NCBI GenBank assembly: GCA_951406725.2
Contig: OX597814.1
Span: 63,798,001-63,862,000, forward strand
Reading direction: 5' to 3'
From: Octopus vulgaris
Lineage: Eukaryota
DNA length: 64,000 nucleotides
Below are positions 1 to 17,351 of the stretch, piece by piece. Position 1 is the stretch's first letter. Each line of letters opens with the position of its first letter. The notes under the pieces are model-generated. The model did not search any database. It was given only the letters and a program-made list of their open reading frames with translations, and was not told the DNA's origin. The translations under genes and the position numbers were made by a program.

Positions 1-59
1 AATAACTACAAAACAATCAAAAAGGAAAAGTAATCCTTTTAATGATAAACTGCACTGTA

Positions 60-545
60 ATATATCTCCTGGTACATGAACAGGATGTTCCCCGAAATAT
101 GTGAATTCTCAGGTGTCCACTAATTGCACTATTAGTGGTTCATTTCGCCATTTAATTTAAATGTAACCACATAAATAAAAACAAAAGTTTTTGTGGGGGA
201 AAGTATGAATCTTCTTCACAGCTTGACAAGTACCACGAATATAACTCCCCACATTGGTCGGGGGTCATCTTTGCTGAGAGCATAAACTCTTGGAATGTAA
301 CAGTTGCAATGTCAGCTCTGAAAAATACACAATGGATGCATGATTTTAAAATTTATATCTCACGACACGGCGGCGCACAGGTATACCTAAATATTTTGGC
401 ATACATGGGTCGTACCTTTCTTGATTTGTGAATCTTCCGAAACTTTTGAGCAGATCCAACTGCTTTCAATTAATCTGTAAATCGAGTGATAGTAAGTAGC
501 ATTGGTGGATCTATTGGAACTCCATCTTAAATTATCTCTACACTT
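60..545 (-). pseudogene. Degenerate Tc1/mariner-superfamily transposase remnant
   Basis: Frameshifted minus-strand translation gives 'PPMLLTITRF', 'ALSKDDPDQCGELYSWYLSSCEEDSYFP' and 'TFKLNGEMNH..C.WTPENSH'. These resemble the HALNEDDPDRR..F / SDEATFKLNG..N.HNC.YW..ENPH motifs of Tc1/mariner-type transposases. Confidence 0.6.
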
Positions 546-548
546 CCG

Positions 549-657
549 TGTATGTATGTATGTTTGTATGTATGTATGTATGTATGTATGTATGTATGTA
601 TGTATGTATGCAAGTATGCATGTATGCATGCATATATATATATATATATATATATAG
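549..657. repeat. (TATG)n/(TA)n microsatellite
   Basis: Directly visible. It represents dozens of similar (TA)n, (CA)n and (TACA)n tracts across the window. Confidence 0.95.
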
Positions 658-1668
658 CATGAATGTACACATATTTCTACATACATATACATGACCCTGT
701 ACTATACACACATTTAGTCATGAAAATTAGCCTTCAACAAGCATTGAATTATTTAATTTTCTTTGCATTTACAATTCAGATACTGAATTAAATTTATTTT
801 TCGATTCATATATTTTTACACTTCTGAATGATTTGATATTTTGACGAGATCTATTTTCATACTATATCATGTGTGATTTTCTGCCTACAGTCAAATTTAT
901 TACTCCATTATGGATTGCGAGTATATATGACACTTCGTTTTTCAAAATTTGCATTGTATCAGCATATGTGCACTTGCTAGAGTTAATAACCCCCACTAAG
1001 AGTATTACTTGCATTTCAGACATACATACATACATACATACCTACACACATTCATACATATATGTGTGCAAGTATACATGTATATTTGTGAGTATACGTG
1101 TACTTATTTATTTTATTGTGAATTGACTGCTTAAAATATTGCCACTTGTATACTATGTAAAAGTATAACATGTACTATGGTTTCATAATAATAAGCAATA
1201 AAAATAATGCAAACAATAATAATGACAATTATAAAAATATGTGGTGTATATGCATGTATATAAAAAAATATACACAGACACACAGACACAAGCAGACACA
1301 CGCACACATAGACGCACACATATACACACCCACATTTATGCATGCATAGGTATGTATGAATGTATATATCTGTATGTACATATTGTTTGTAGACGGACAA
1401 ACTAGTAAAAAACATATGAACTTGTAATATCGCAGAAACTGGAGCCGTAATAAAATGCATCATTGTTAATATATTCTAATTGAATATAATATAATATATA
1501 ATATATTTACCATACTTACCATGTTTACCAAAGAACTTGGTTTGCTTTGTCTACTCTTGTTACAGTATTACAGCGCCTTCCTTATTACTGTTCAGTTTTT
1601 ATGTTGATATGCATATATACTTGCATAGTTTCATGCTTATATACATACATACATACATACATACATAC

Positions 1669-1739
<71 letters not shown>

Positions 1740-1821
1740 CATACATTCATATGTATATATACATACCTATCTATCTAACTATATGTATATATATATATAT
1801 ATATTCACACAAAAAACAACA

Positions 1822-1985
1822 ACAAAAGACGAAGACAGGTAATGTAGAAAACAAACAGATGTATTAGTATAACGCTCGGGAATTGAAAAAGTCTTTAACG
1901 TTTCGAGCCTACGCTCTTCCACAGAGAGGAGCACAGAAAGAAACAAGGAGAGAAAATAAAGAATGTATAGTGGCTAGCGATACAG
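1822..1985 (-). mobile_element. Dispersed repeat (probable PLE 3' UTR/pLTR fragment) with atypical hammerhead-like motif
   Basis: Homologous to 22975-23140 (-), 26030-26185 (+) and a degenerate copy at 37400-37500. Carries CTGTGGAA-GAGC-GTAG-GCTC-GAAACGTT on the sense strand. Confidence 0.7.
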
Positions 1986-3199
1986 TTATTATTATTCAAA
2001 TGTCTCATTATTCTTCCATACTTTCATTGCAGTTTAAACCACAGATCAGTAGACCTTGGCAATGTACAATGACATGTTTAGATTTTGTATTTATAATCAA
2101 ATGATCTACATAATCTACTCGCTGGTCTATTTTTGTTAACGTCCAAAAACCTGTGCCCAGGCAATCTAACCAAATCGAGGCTACAGACTCTAGATATACT
2201 CTATCGCACAGAAGTGCTCCTGCGCCGAACAGGCCTAGATGTGAACAAAGCGACGAATTCCAACTCTGTGCACTCGTGCATTGTTCGATTATTGTTGATT
2301 TGTGGAATTATGCTTAGCAGTTGGTTTCCTTTCTGTAATGATTCCGGTTATTACCTGAGTTTGTAGCGGATGTAGCTTCAATGTATGCATTTAACAATTC
2401 CGGACAGGCAATGTTTCTCAGTCTACTGGCTATGATGAATGAGGTTGTGTGGTGGATGATTCTTAAATGATTGATGGCAGATATTATCTTCTTTGTTCAA
2501 GCCCACATCGACATTTTCAAGTTTCACTTAGAAAGGAAAGTTAGAATAGAGACATAGGCGAATTTCTCAAACGGTAAAGGACTGTTTTAAAAATGGTTAG
2601 AGTGAATGGAACTTATATAAATAAACATCTTTAAATTAGAGAACAGGAGTTAATCAAGGTGTGGTATCCTTCGTTGTCAGAGTGAATCTAGAACTGGTGA
2701 TGGTAGTAGTAGGGGTGGCGGTGGAGGTGTCCTTGGTTGGTCCTAATTGGACACTCCTCCATTCTGAGAACATCGTTATGCATATATTCACACATGGAAT
2801 CGCTTTTGCTAATTCCCATAATTTGATTGGTATTGTTTATTATATCAGATTTTGTACGAGTTGTCTGCCTCATTCAGTACATCTTTTCGATACCCCTCTT
2901 CAATGCTCTTTTCCTTTTTTCTGCATTATTTGTACATTTGCGGCTAATAAATAAAGATGTGTTATTATTGTTTTACATCTCAGAACGCTCGATCTTGTTT
3001 GCTCTGTAAACTCTGTGAGAATGGGCAGCAGCTTGCTGTCAGAGGTCTCACGGGCTCTCTTTCCGCACATTATAAGCTTTGGTACTTGGTTGTTAATTAT
3101 CGTAGGAAACATGTCTCAAAATCCTAGCTGTCCCAAGCAGTGCAGTTTTTTGGGCTTGCTCTGCTCTCATGTCAATTCCAACTTCTCTGACATATTCCG

Positions 3200-3450
3200 C
3201 GAACTTGGTCGTTAGAGCTCAGAGTAACCCTGCAACCACTGGAATGATTCACATTCTCCTCATAGTCCACATTCTTGCAATTTCGTCTTTTAGTAGACTG
3301 TACTTTTCAATCTTTTCTAGTAGTTCTTTATCATTTATGCGTGCATCTCTAGGTATTGCTATATCTTTAATATTGGTTTCCTTGTTTCCTTTATCTATCA
3401 CAACAATATCTGGTCTACGAGGCTCAATTACGGAGTCACATTGAATTGTA
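3200..3450 (-). pseudogene. R4/Dong-like LINE fragment, restriction-like endonuclease (REL) domain
   Basis: ORF 3249..3680 contains 'FTIQCDSVIEPRRPDIVVIDK...DIAIP...EKIEKY..LKDEIARMW', the PD-(D/E)xK motif. Confidence 0.85.
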
Positions 3451-3679
3451 AAATTATTATTATCTTTGTGCTTTGGGTACGTGCTGTGGTTTGCTGTGAT
3501 GCTCTTATGGCTACTGTATTGAAAGTGTTTTGCGTAGGATGTGTGCAATGCCAAGTATTGCAATTTTCTGTATGTTATATAAGTAAGTCTCGGTGTTTTT
3601 CTTATGTATTTGTCTGAATATTTTTTATCATACCTAATGCGCCTACTATGATAGGAATTGTTTCTGTTTTTAGATTCCA

Positions 3680-4230
3680 CATTCGAGTTACCTCTATTTC
3701 TATGTCTTTGTATTTTGAAAGTTTCTCCATTTCTTTTAGAGAAACGTTGTTATTTGCTAGTATTGATACATCAATTAGAAAGCATATTTTTTCTTCATGA
3801 TCTCTGACAACTATATCTGGCCTATTGGCCTAAATTTCTTTATCTCTGTATTGGCATATCCCATAGTATGGTTGCTTTCTCGTTTTCTGTGACCTTTTCT
3901 GGCGTGTGCCTATACCATCTTTTTTCTGTTGTTATTCCATAGTGTTGGCATAGCTCTCAGTGTATGTAGGTCCCAACTCTTGTCGTGTCTGTGAATATAT
4001 TCCTTCTTAGTCAGGATTGGGCAGCCAGAGATAATATGATTTATTGTTTCTTGTCCAACTCCACATATTAAGGATATTGTATTTGTAACTTATAACTGGG
4101 ATGGCTAAAGTGTTAATACCTATTATCTTGTTTTTAGCATTGAACTCTGTTTTCAGTATTGATCTAACTCGTCTATAGTACTCTTTCTTTATTTTCTCTT
4201 TCATTTCTGTGTGTTGTATCATATCTAGTT
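3680..4230 (-). pseudogene. Second R4/Dong-like LINE fragment (post-RT region and REL)
   Basis: Minus-strand translation gives 'YIHRHDK..GTYIH', 'NRPDIVVRD' and 'EKLSKYKDIEIEVTRMW'. ORF 4007..4423 gives 'KEYYRRVRSILKTEFNAKNKIIGINTLAIPVISY'. It abuts (ATT)n. Confidence 0.85.
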
Positions 4231-4250
4231 CATTATTATTATTATTATTA

Positions 4251-4317
<67 letters not shown>

Positions 4318-4318
<1 letters not shown>

Positions 4319-4873
4319 GAGTGAGAGAGCAGTACATGCCATCAAAGTGACACTGGGGTAAAATATACGAAGCCCAGTATACCCATCATGACTACCCATC
4401 TGATAAGGGTGCACCAGGCACATGCATCATAACCAAGTGTGAGCGACATGGTGATCACATATCAAGATAAACAGCGCATGACCTTGCAGGTGGGGCCCAG
4501 TTAGAATTTTCTTCTTGTCGAGTAACCCATCCCGCTCAAAAGGTCCATGAATAAGCGTTGTTTAAGGATGCTGAACGAACCACCCATGTTTCCAGAAGTG
4601 AATTATTCAAACCCCAAAGAATCCCTCTCAACACATGGCTATGATGGTCCCCCACTTCATCTGCCCGTGATCAGAGATGCACATACTGTCAGCCACTAGG
4701 GGACATGGTCAATTGGTTAAGGTCAAACAACTGACAAGCAAATCTGTGGTATTGAGCAGAATATTTGCTGTAGCCCATCTTTTATACCAAGACAAAACAA
4801 TGTACATGATAACACTTCCAATCAGTTAACATCAGAAGCTACGAGAGCCACTGCCTGGTACTGCATCAGGGCA
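4318..4873. mobile_element. Non-coding ~555 bp insert bounded by (ATT)n on both sides (probable non-autonomous retroelement)
   Basis: A GC-richer block precisely flanked by (ATT)n tracts, with no ORF. Confidence 0.45.
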
Positions 4874-4962
<89 letters not shown>

Positions 4963-4964
4963 AG

Positions 4965-5165
4965 TATACAGTGGTGATTTGACAGAATAGTTAGCACACC
5001 AGGCAAAATGCTGAGCGGCATTTCGTCTGTCTTTACATCCTGATTTCAAGTTTCGCCAAGATCAGCTTTACATTTCATCATTTCGAGGTCGACAAAATAA
5101 GTACCAGCTGAGAACTGATGTTAACCCTCCAGCGAAATTGCGGGCCTTGAACCAAAATTTAAAAC
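4965..5165 (+). mobile_element. tRNA-derived SINE, family A
   Basis: Shares 'gcagaatcgttagc...gttcaaat..gccgagg..gactttgc.tttcatcct...gataaaataagtaccag' with copies at 16922, 21470(-), 53200(-) and 55925. Confidence 0.75.
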
Positions 5166-5234
5166 CATTATTGTTGTTGCTGTTGTTGTTGTTGTTGTTG
5201 TTATTATTATTATTTTTATTATTATTATTATTAC

Positions 5235-5338
<104 letters not shown>

Positions 5339-6439
5339 GTTGTTGTTGTTGTTGTTGTTGTTGTTGTAGTCATGATCTGAGTAACATATTAAGAGATAAT
5401 CGTATGAGACACATACAAAATTCTCAAGGTACAAAGAAGTGTGAATGTTCTAAGAGATCTTATTAAGTACGATAGTTTTTTCTACCTTCTGGAGCGTGAT
5501 AATCTGTATGAGAACTAGCAACCTGACGATGCATTTAAAAATATTATGACAGGATCATTATTATAAATATATGAATTGGATATACTTAACCCGGTTTCTA
5601 AGGCATCTAACCGAGAACAAGGTTTCATCCTTGAGAGTGCAAGGCTGGGATGACAACTCGCTGCAACGTTAACCTCCACCTACTGATGGCACTTGTCTCA
5701 ACTGAGTAGAGTGGATTAGCATCCAAAGAAAGTACCTGGCTCAATGACAACACAAACTGCCCGTCCACCAATCAAACCCACGATCTTACGGTGGTGAGCT
5801 CATTACTCTACATACTAGGCGCTCGCATATAAAATTCCATATCTTAAAAATGGGAAAGCATATTGCAAAGTATAGTTAAGTTACACTATATGAAATATGA
5901 CCGGTTGGGGACATCTGGATGACTGTTTATCATAGATAAGCTCTCACAAAGCAATGGTAATGCCATTAATAGCGCTGACACCACAAATACAATGCCCTCA
6001 TTAAGAATAGCCTCCAGAAATAGCCACGACAATAAACCCGGCCTGAACCAGCTTTTAGTCGAAGACATTAAGGGAAGATAAACCAACAAAAGAAACTCTA
6101 AGTAGTCACTCGACCTTCTAGAAATAGTAGCAATTTTGCAACGCCACAAAAAAGAAAATAACACCCTCGTATTCATAAAAGGTTAGGGTTACATTGAATG
6201 CCATAATCATATATGCAGAATGTCATGATGATTACAGAGCATTGATTTTCCTAATCATGGTTGTCCTTGAGATAAACAGTAACAGTAATCACGACCTTGC
6301 TGTTCAGAAACTCACATTACAACTGCTTGAACTTAGGTTCGATTTCAATGAGCAGTATCTTGGGAAAGTGTTTGTGGACGGAATCCGATGTTCGACTTAA
6401 CACCACCATCTGACTATGGGATTCTTTAGCAGAGATTAC

Positions 6440-7020
6440 TGTAATGACAGGAATATTTCCACGAATCTCTACCACTACGATCACGGCCAGCACTACCACC
6501 ACTAACACCATCAACACAACCATAATCATCATAACCACTACCATCGCCACAATTATAATTACATCTACAACTTCCACCACTACCATAACCATAGCTACCA
6601 TACCTACCATACCAACGCCACAGCCACCACCACCACAGTTACCACCACCATCACAGCGATCACCACCAACATCATCATAGCCCCCATGGTCACCACCAAC
6701 ACCAACACGAACTACATAGCAACAATCACTACAACCTATAATACATGACCACAACACTTCCGATACTATAGTAGGAACACCTCTTCGATCCCCTCCCCCA
6801 TGGTCACCACTATCACCATTTCCCCTAATTGTGATCAACTCCAGCATCAAACTTATTTGCAAACACCACCACCGCTTCCAATACTATAATGGCTTCAACA
6901 ACACTACAGACACCACTGCCACCGCACTCACTAATACCACCTGTACCACTGTTATGACATCAGTCTCATCACCACACCAAACAACGCCACCACCAGCTCC
7001 ATTACTGGCACAAGTACCAG
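6440..7020. repeat. Degenerate (ACC/ACT/ATC)n low-complexity tract
   Basis: Trinucleotide-periodic sequence that produces spurious Thr/Val/Gly-rich ORFs. Confidence 0.8.
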
Positions 7021-7835
7021 CAACGAGCCTCTACGCGCTAACAAGGGAGACTTTATTTGGTTCGTGTGACATACTAAAAATAGCAGCCAAATCTCATTCC
7101 GTTATCACTCAGCGGGCTTACAAATGAAAGGACATGGAATAATTATGTATGCAGAACGCAGTAATTGTTTCTCATGAAGATTACGGTTGAAATTGCTTAA
7201 TTCGGGTGTGCACTTGCTCAGTACCGGCCTAGAGCTGAAAAAACATCAAAAAATCATTTTGGCTGCTAAAATTTGCAGCCAAAAGTACCTCAACATAGTC
7301 ACTTAAATAGCGCAAAGGAAATGATGCTGTCATAACAGACCTATACCAGAAAATAAGACTGCATAGCCATATATGAATGTCTTTGATGCTAGGCTCACCC
7401 GAATAGATTCGACCTAGGGTTAAATATCAATAACAACCATAACTTCAACTACAACTGCTATCTCAGACAGACTGATTTTCTGCCAACAAACCTCTAGCTT
7501 TCGCTATCTCAATCACCACAACTACCAAAACATCTATCAGCCCCAACACCACCATCACTACTACTAAAACCGTACCACTATAACCATCATCATCATCATC
7601 ATCTCAATCTAGACTACAAGCTACTTTCCCCACCGCCACCACCATCACAACTACTTCACTACTGCTAGTCTGCACCAACGTCACCGCATCTTTTACTTCG
7701 TCATTTGCCCCTCCCTTTCGCCCTTCTCCTCCACCTGCACAAATACATACAACGTGCGCACACACGCACGCACACATGCACACACGCACACACGCACACA
7801 CACACGCACACAAAGACAGATATATATATATAGCT

Positions 7836-7890
<55 letters not shown>

Positions 7891-8419
7891 TCTTCTCTCA
7901 CCCTCATGTTACTATTTCTTCATTTACCGGGCCTCTTCTACAAGCTCCTGAGCGAATATCAATACGCACATACACACACACACACATACACTCACACACA
8001 CATGCTCACAGACATACACACATATATTCAAACATTCAAATAAACATACATGTGAACACATATTCAAACATATCCAAACGCATACACAAACTCGCACGCA
8101 CACACACACACAACTACCATTTTATCTTTCTCGTTTGTTCCCCTGCTGCACTGTAGCTGATATTCCTACTTCGTCTGCTGTTTCCATTCTGCAGAAACGA
8201 TGAGTCAGCATTTGCATGGAAGCAACCCTTGATCCAACACCGCTTGCAAACCACACAATTAAACTGTTTGGCTTTTAGATTCGCTCTCTCAGATTCTTTC
8301 TATCTCTCCACCTCTATATCTCATTCAAACTCTGTCTCTGTACACAGCCATACCTTCTATGATAATTACATAGACGCCTATGCGTTCAAACGTGCATAGA
8401 GATATATACGTATTTAATA

Positions 8420-8482
<63 letters not shown>

Positions 8483-8493
8483 GTATATATGTA

Positions 8494-8552
<59 letters not shown>

Positions 8553-8679
8553 TACATATATACATATATATATATATATCATATATACATATGCATGTAT
8601 ATACAATACTTATAAACATATGTGTATATATATATATATCATATATACCTATACTTATATACATGCATATATACATGCA

Positions 8680-8723
<44 letters not shown>

Positions 8724-9257
8724 GAGAGAGAAAGAGAGAGCATGTGTGAAAGGGAGACTCAGAGAGAAAATTAGAGCCGGACAGATGCGAAGTCGGGGTG
8801 AGAGAGAGAAAAGCAAGACAGAGAGTATGGGCATTCATATACGTATAAATACAGCTACATACATAGATGAACACATACATAAGATGTGTATGCTCATCTG
8901 CATACATGTGTATGTGTGTGTGTGTCTATGTGTCTGCGTATGTGTGCTGTGCGTGTGTGTGTGTGTATTGAAATATATACGTAACAAATATGTATATGCA
9001 TGCACAAGTCCATGTCTATATATGAATATGCGTGCGTTGATACACTGGTATATAACTGTGCTCTTGTATATGTGTGTCGAACTATTCTATGTTTATATAC
9101 TTGTGAAGAACGAGTTCTGATCTGTGTGTCTTAACACTAGATGTCTATACATTGACATCTGAATATATGTCTCTGAGTATATGAAATTGCTATGCCTATA
9201 AATATCTGGACACGCACATACATGTACTTATACATACATTTATATATACATGCATAC

Positions 9258-9318
<61 letters not shown>

Positions 9319-9377
9319 CACATGTGCACACATACACTTATGCAGTGATATATATATATATATATATATATATTTAA

Positions 9378-9739
9378 ACACATAAGAGATGGCCATAATA
9401 GGACATCTGACTCACTAGAAAGAGCAGTTAAACTCCAAACCACTAATAGTTGTAATTCTGAATTGGAAAGAGAAATAAAAACGTTTACCCTATCTTTCCT
9501 GGACTATGCATAGTTTCGGCAATCTTTTGTAAATAAGATAAAATTATTTTAATTTACGATTGGCGTTGCCATCTTCAGCAGGAAGCCAAGGAAAGCATAT
9601 TGGCACGAGGCGATATGCTATAACTTTTCAAAATCCACCACGCTCGCGCGGTTTTTCAGCAGTAAATATAACTGCCGATTTAATTTAAAAATTAGCCAAA
9701 AAAGCCTTTTATCATTAATTAATAAATTTTAGGTATAGA

Positions 9740-9745
<6 letters not shown>
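9378..9745 (-). mobile_element. Non-coding HHR-containing element (family B) between (TA)n tracts
   Basis: Homologous along its length to 49001-49415. Contains a canonical hammerhead. Confidence 0.8.
9496..9584 (-). ncRNA. Type I hammerhead ribozyme with extended stem II
   Basis: Minus strand reads ttcctg-CTGAAGA-T-GGCAA...TTGCC-GAAAC-TATGCATA-GTC-caggaa. Stems I and II pair, stem III is palindromic, and the cleavage triplet is GUC. Confidence 0.85.
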
Positions 9746-9781
<36 letters not shown>

Positions 9782-9790
9782 GTATATATA

Positions 9791-10381
9791 TTAGAAATAT
9801 TAAAATAACTAAGTCTCTCTAAAAGAGAACAGCGGCAGCGTTCCCGGAAAATAACAGTTATCGCCATACTAATATGGCATTCTTATAAAAATAAGAAAAA
9901 AGCTGTCCGCTTATTAGCTCCATGAGGCCATCGCCTTAAGTTAGCTATTTGATACACAAACTGTATCCATATAACCTTCGAACAAGGGAGGTCAGTCGCT
10001 CCACACTACTGACCGGCAGCTACAGACGCGTTTCGGGGTATTGCCCCTTTTCAATGCAGCGTAGCCAGCCAGTAGGTGTCGCTTCCGACAATCTCTGTTC
10101 GATGGTTTTATTTACCTAGTTTCGGTGGAATACATCCACTTGTTTTCAATAATAGAAATATTAAAATAACTAAGTCTCTCTAAAAGAGAACAGCGGCAGC
10201 GTTCCCGGAAAATAATAGTTATCGCCATACTAATATGGCATTCTTATAAAAATAAGAAAAAAGCTGTCCGCTTATTAGCTCCATGAGGCCATCGCCTTAA
10301 GTTAGCTATTTGATACATGGAGCTAATAAGCGGACAGCTTTTTTCTTATTTTTATAAGAATGCCATATTAGTATGGCGATA
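9791..10381 (-). mobile_element. Non-coding HHR element (family A): 361-bp monomer, ~165-bp terminal redundancy and ~65-bp 5' inversion, in (TA)n
   Basis: 9792-9956 repeats at 10153-10317. 10316-10381 is an inverted copy of part of that repeat. TA tracts lie on both sides. Confidence 0.85.
10019..10060 (-). ncRNA. Minimal type I hammerhead ribozyme (U3-A8 variant)
   Basis: Minus strand reads gctgca-TTGAAAA-GGGG-caata-CCCC-GAAAC-GC-GTC-tgtagc, with palindromic stem III ACGCGT. Confidence 0.85.
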
Positions 10382-10410
10382 ATATTATTTATATATATAT
10401 TATTATTATT

Positions 10411-10461
<51 letters not shown>

Positions 10462-10462
<1 letters not shown>

Positions 10463-10780
10463 CTGGCACTCCGTCAGTTATGACAAGTACTCCAGTTGGT
10501 CCGATGAACGGAACACCCTGCTCGTGAAATTAACGTACAAGTGGATGAGCTCTCCACAAACACGAATACCCTTAACGTAGTTCTAATGGAGATTTCACAT
10601 GATACAGAACGTGAGAAGGTTGGCCCTTTAAGATACATGCATTACTCATTTTTACCAGCTGAGTGGACTGGAGCAACATGAGATACAGTATCCTGCTCTA
10701 GGTCACAGCGCACGCCGGGTATCGAACTCACAACTTTACGATTGATAGCCGAATACCTTCACCGCTAAGCCAAGCACCTT
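10462..10780 (-). mobile_element. tRNA-derived SINE, family C
   Basis: tRNA-like head (ggcttagcggt...gagttcgatacc) on the minus strand. Homologous copy at 59040-59330 (+) and a fragment near 5640-5830. Confidence 0.7.
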
Positions 10781-11121
10781 CACACACACACACATACACA
10801 CACACACATGTGAATAGATGCTTATGATTTTGGCATATTTACAACATTTGTTTATAGCAAGAAATTTTCTTCAAGACAAAACACTGTGAATATCGTTGTT
10901 ACGGGTTCGAAATGCCCCAAGAATATTTGACTGTTCATAACCTTGCATAAATACATATGTACGTACAGAGATTTTAATATTTCGCTGATGCATTGCAATA
11001 CAAATAACCTGGTGTAGAACTCAGTATACATAGGTTTCAGAACAAAGTGTTAACTGAGTATAGAACAGTAATAAGGAAGAGAGATGACAAAAGAATGAAT
11101 GATTATCGTGTGAACTTCATT

Positions 11122-11202
11122 AGCTTACAGCTGTTTCTTCTATGAGATGCAGTGGTCTTATAGTTGTGTGCCTTAATAACACCTTATAGCTTCACCAGAG
11201 CT
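11122..11202 (-). ncRNA. Degenerate hammerhead motif
   Basis: Minus strand reads agct-CTGGTGA-agctataag...ctcatagaa-GAAAC-AGCT-GTA-agct. The core has A6>G and stem II is imperfect. Confidence 0.5.
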
Positions 11203-12151
11203 TCAAATATGAAGTGCAAATTAATTTGGAAAGAATTACATTTGTGCCTATATATATATGGAACAGCAACAACAATGAGAAAAGCCAATACAGATGCATA
11301 TAAGAAAAGTGTACGTCCAGAATGTAATTTGTGGAAATATATGTGTATAAGCGTACACACGTAGTACGAGTATCCACAGTTACAGAAAGACACACACGCA
11401 AAAACACAACTCGCAGACATACAGAGACATGCACACGCAACGGGACATACGTGCTCTCACTTTTTATCCCGCCGTTTGTCCTATTGTCATGACATTGTTA
11501 CCTTCACGCTGATTCTGGAGGAATGACTTGGGATATCTTGTATGCATTAATTCTTGGCATGCATTTGCCTAGTAATTCTCAGCCATATGAGCGACGTTTT
11601 TTTTTTTTTGCCTTTTTTCTTTTATCAGACTTGTTTCTGCCAATGTCTGCCTACTTCACTTGGGAAACTTGGCAAGCTGACAATTAACTCCCTTCCTGGA
11701 GCGTTCGCATCCTGGGATTTTTTTAAACAGAATATCCATAATACCACCGTTGATACTGCATACTTTTTCTGTAAAATACGAATACTACCTCTTTCAGATT
11801 GTAGCTATACATGCAACCTCGTTAAATTCCGTTTAGCTGCTCTAGATTTTTCTTCACAACGAATTCCTAACATCTTGAGAAAGAAACTAGAGGCTTTTAT
11901 TGGCTATCATCATTTATCTCTTGAGTGCTGATTGATTTGATTTGAACTGAATTTATTTTTCTTTTCTTTTGTCAACAATCTTCTGTACAAGGAGTTTCTC
12001 ATTCTTTCTTGACAGCCATAAATATATGGTCAAGCATTCACTTTATGATACCATCTTTTTATTCTTGTATTTCATAGTTCAGTTTTAGCTGATGAAACGC
12101 ATAACAATCTGTTTATTTATTTATTTATCCATAAAATAATAATAATAATAA

Positions 12152-16891
<4,740 letters not shown>

Positions 16892-16921
16892 CATTATTAT
16901 TGTTATTATTGTTATTATCAT

Positions 16922-17110
16922 TGAGGCGGTGAGCTTGCAGAATCGATAGTACACTGAACGAAATACTTAGCGGTATTGCGCCGTCGCTACGTTCTGGGTT
17001 CAAATTCTGCCGAGGTTGACTTTGCTTTTCATCCTTTTGGGGCCGATAAAATAAGCACCAGTTGAACACTAGGGTCGATGTAATCGACTCATCCACACTT
17101 CCCACAAGTC
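16922..17110 (+). mobile_element. tRNA-derived SINE, family A
   Basis: A/B-box-like head 'ggcggtgagcttgcagaatcg...gggttcaaattc', preceded by (TTA)n. Confidence 0.8.
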
Positions 17111-17114
17111 GCCC

Positions 17115-17351
17115 TTACTTTTTCTTTGTCAAACAAACATACATTTTGTCACGCATGAAAAGCTCAAGGTGAGGAAATATATGTTCGTAGCAAGCCTGGA
17201 GAACATATAGGAAGATCTTTTGAAACTTAGGTTTGGTGTGATTTGCGATGTAGGGTCTGTCATTGACGTGCAAGAGTGTAAGTCCTTGTCTGTTTATCAA
17301 TGCCAGACGTTTCCTGGATAATGTAGAAATGAGAGCAGTAGACCTTCCCAA
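17115..17351 (-). pseudogene. Mariner transposase fragment
   Basis: 'LSRKRLALINRQGLTLLHVNDRPY' resembles the mariner KRP.L.NRKGVILHHDNARPH motif. Confidence 0.65.

Noticed and set aside
6317-6862. Gly/Val-rich 181-aa ORF (Thr-rich, mucin-like on the other strand)
   Set aside because: Degenerate trinucleotide repeat with no domain or splice evidence.
8380-9120. 246-aa ORF and the many YI/HT/CV/poly-N/poly-I ORFs throughout
   Set aside because: Translations of (TA)n, (CA)n, (TACA)n and (AAT)n microsatellites, which lack stops in some frames.
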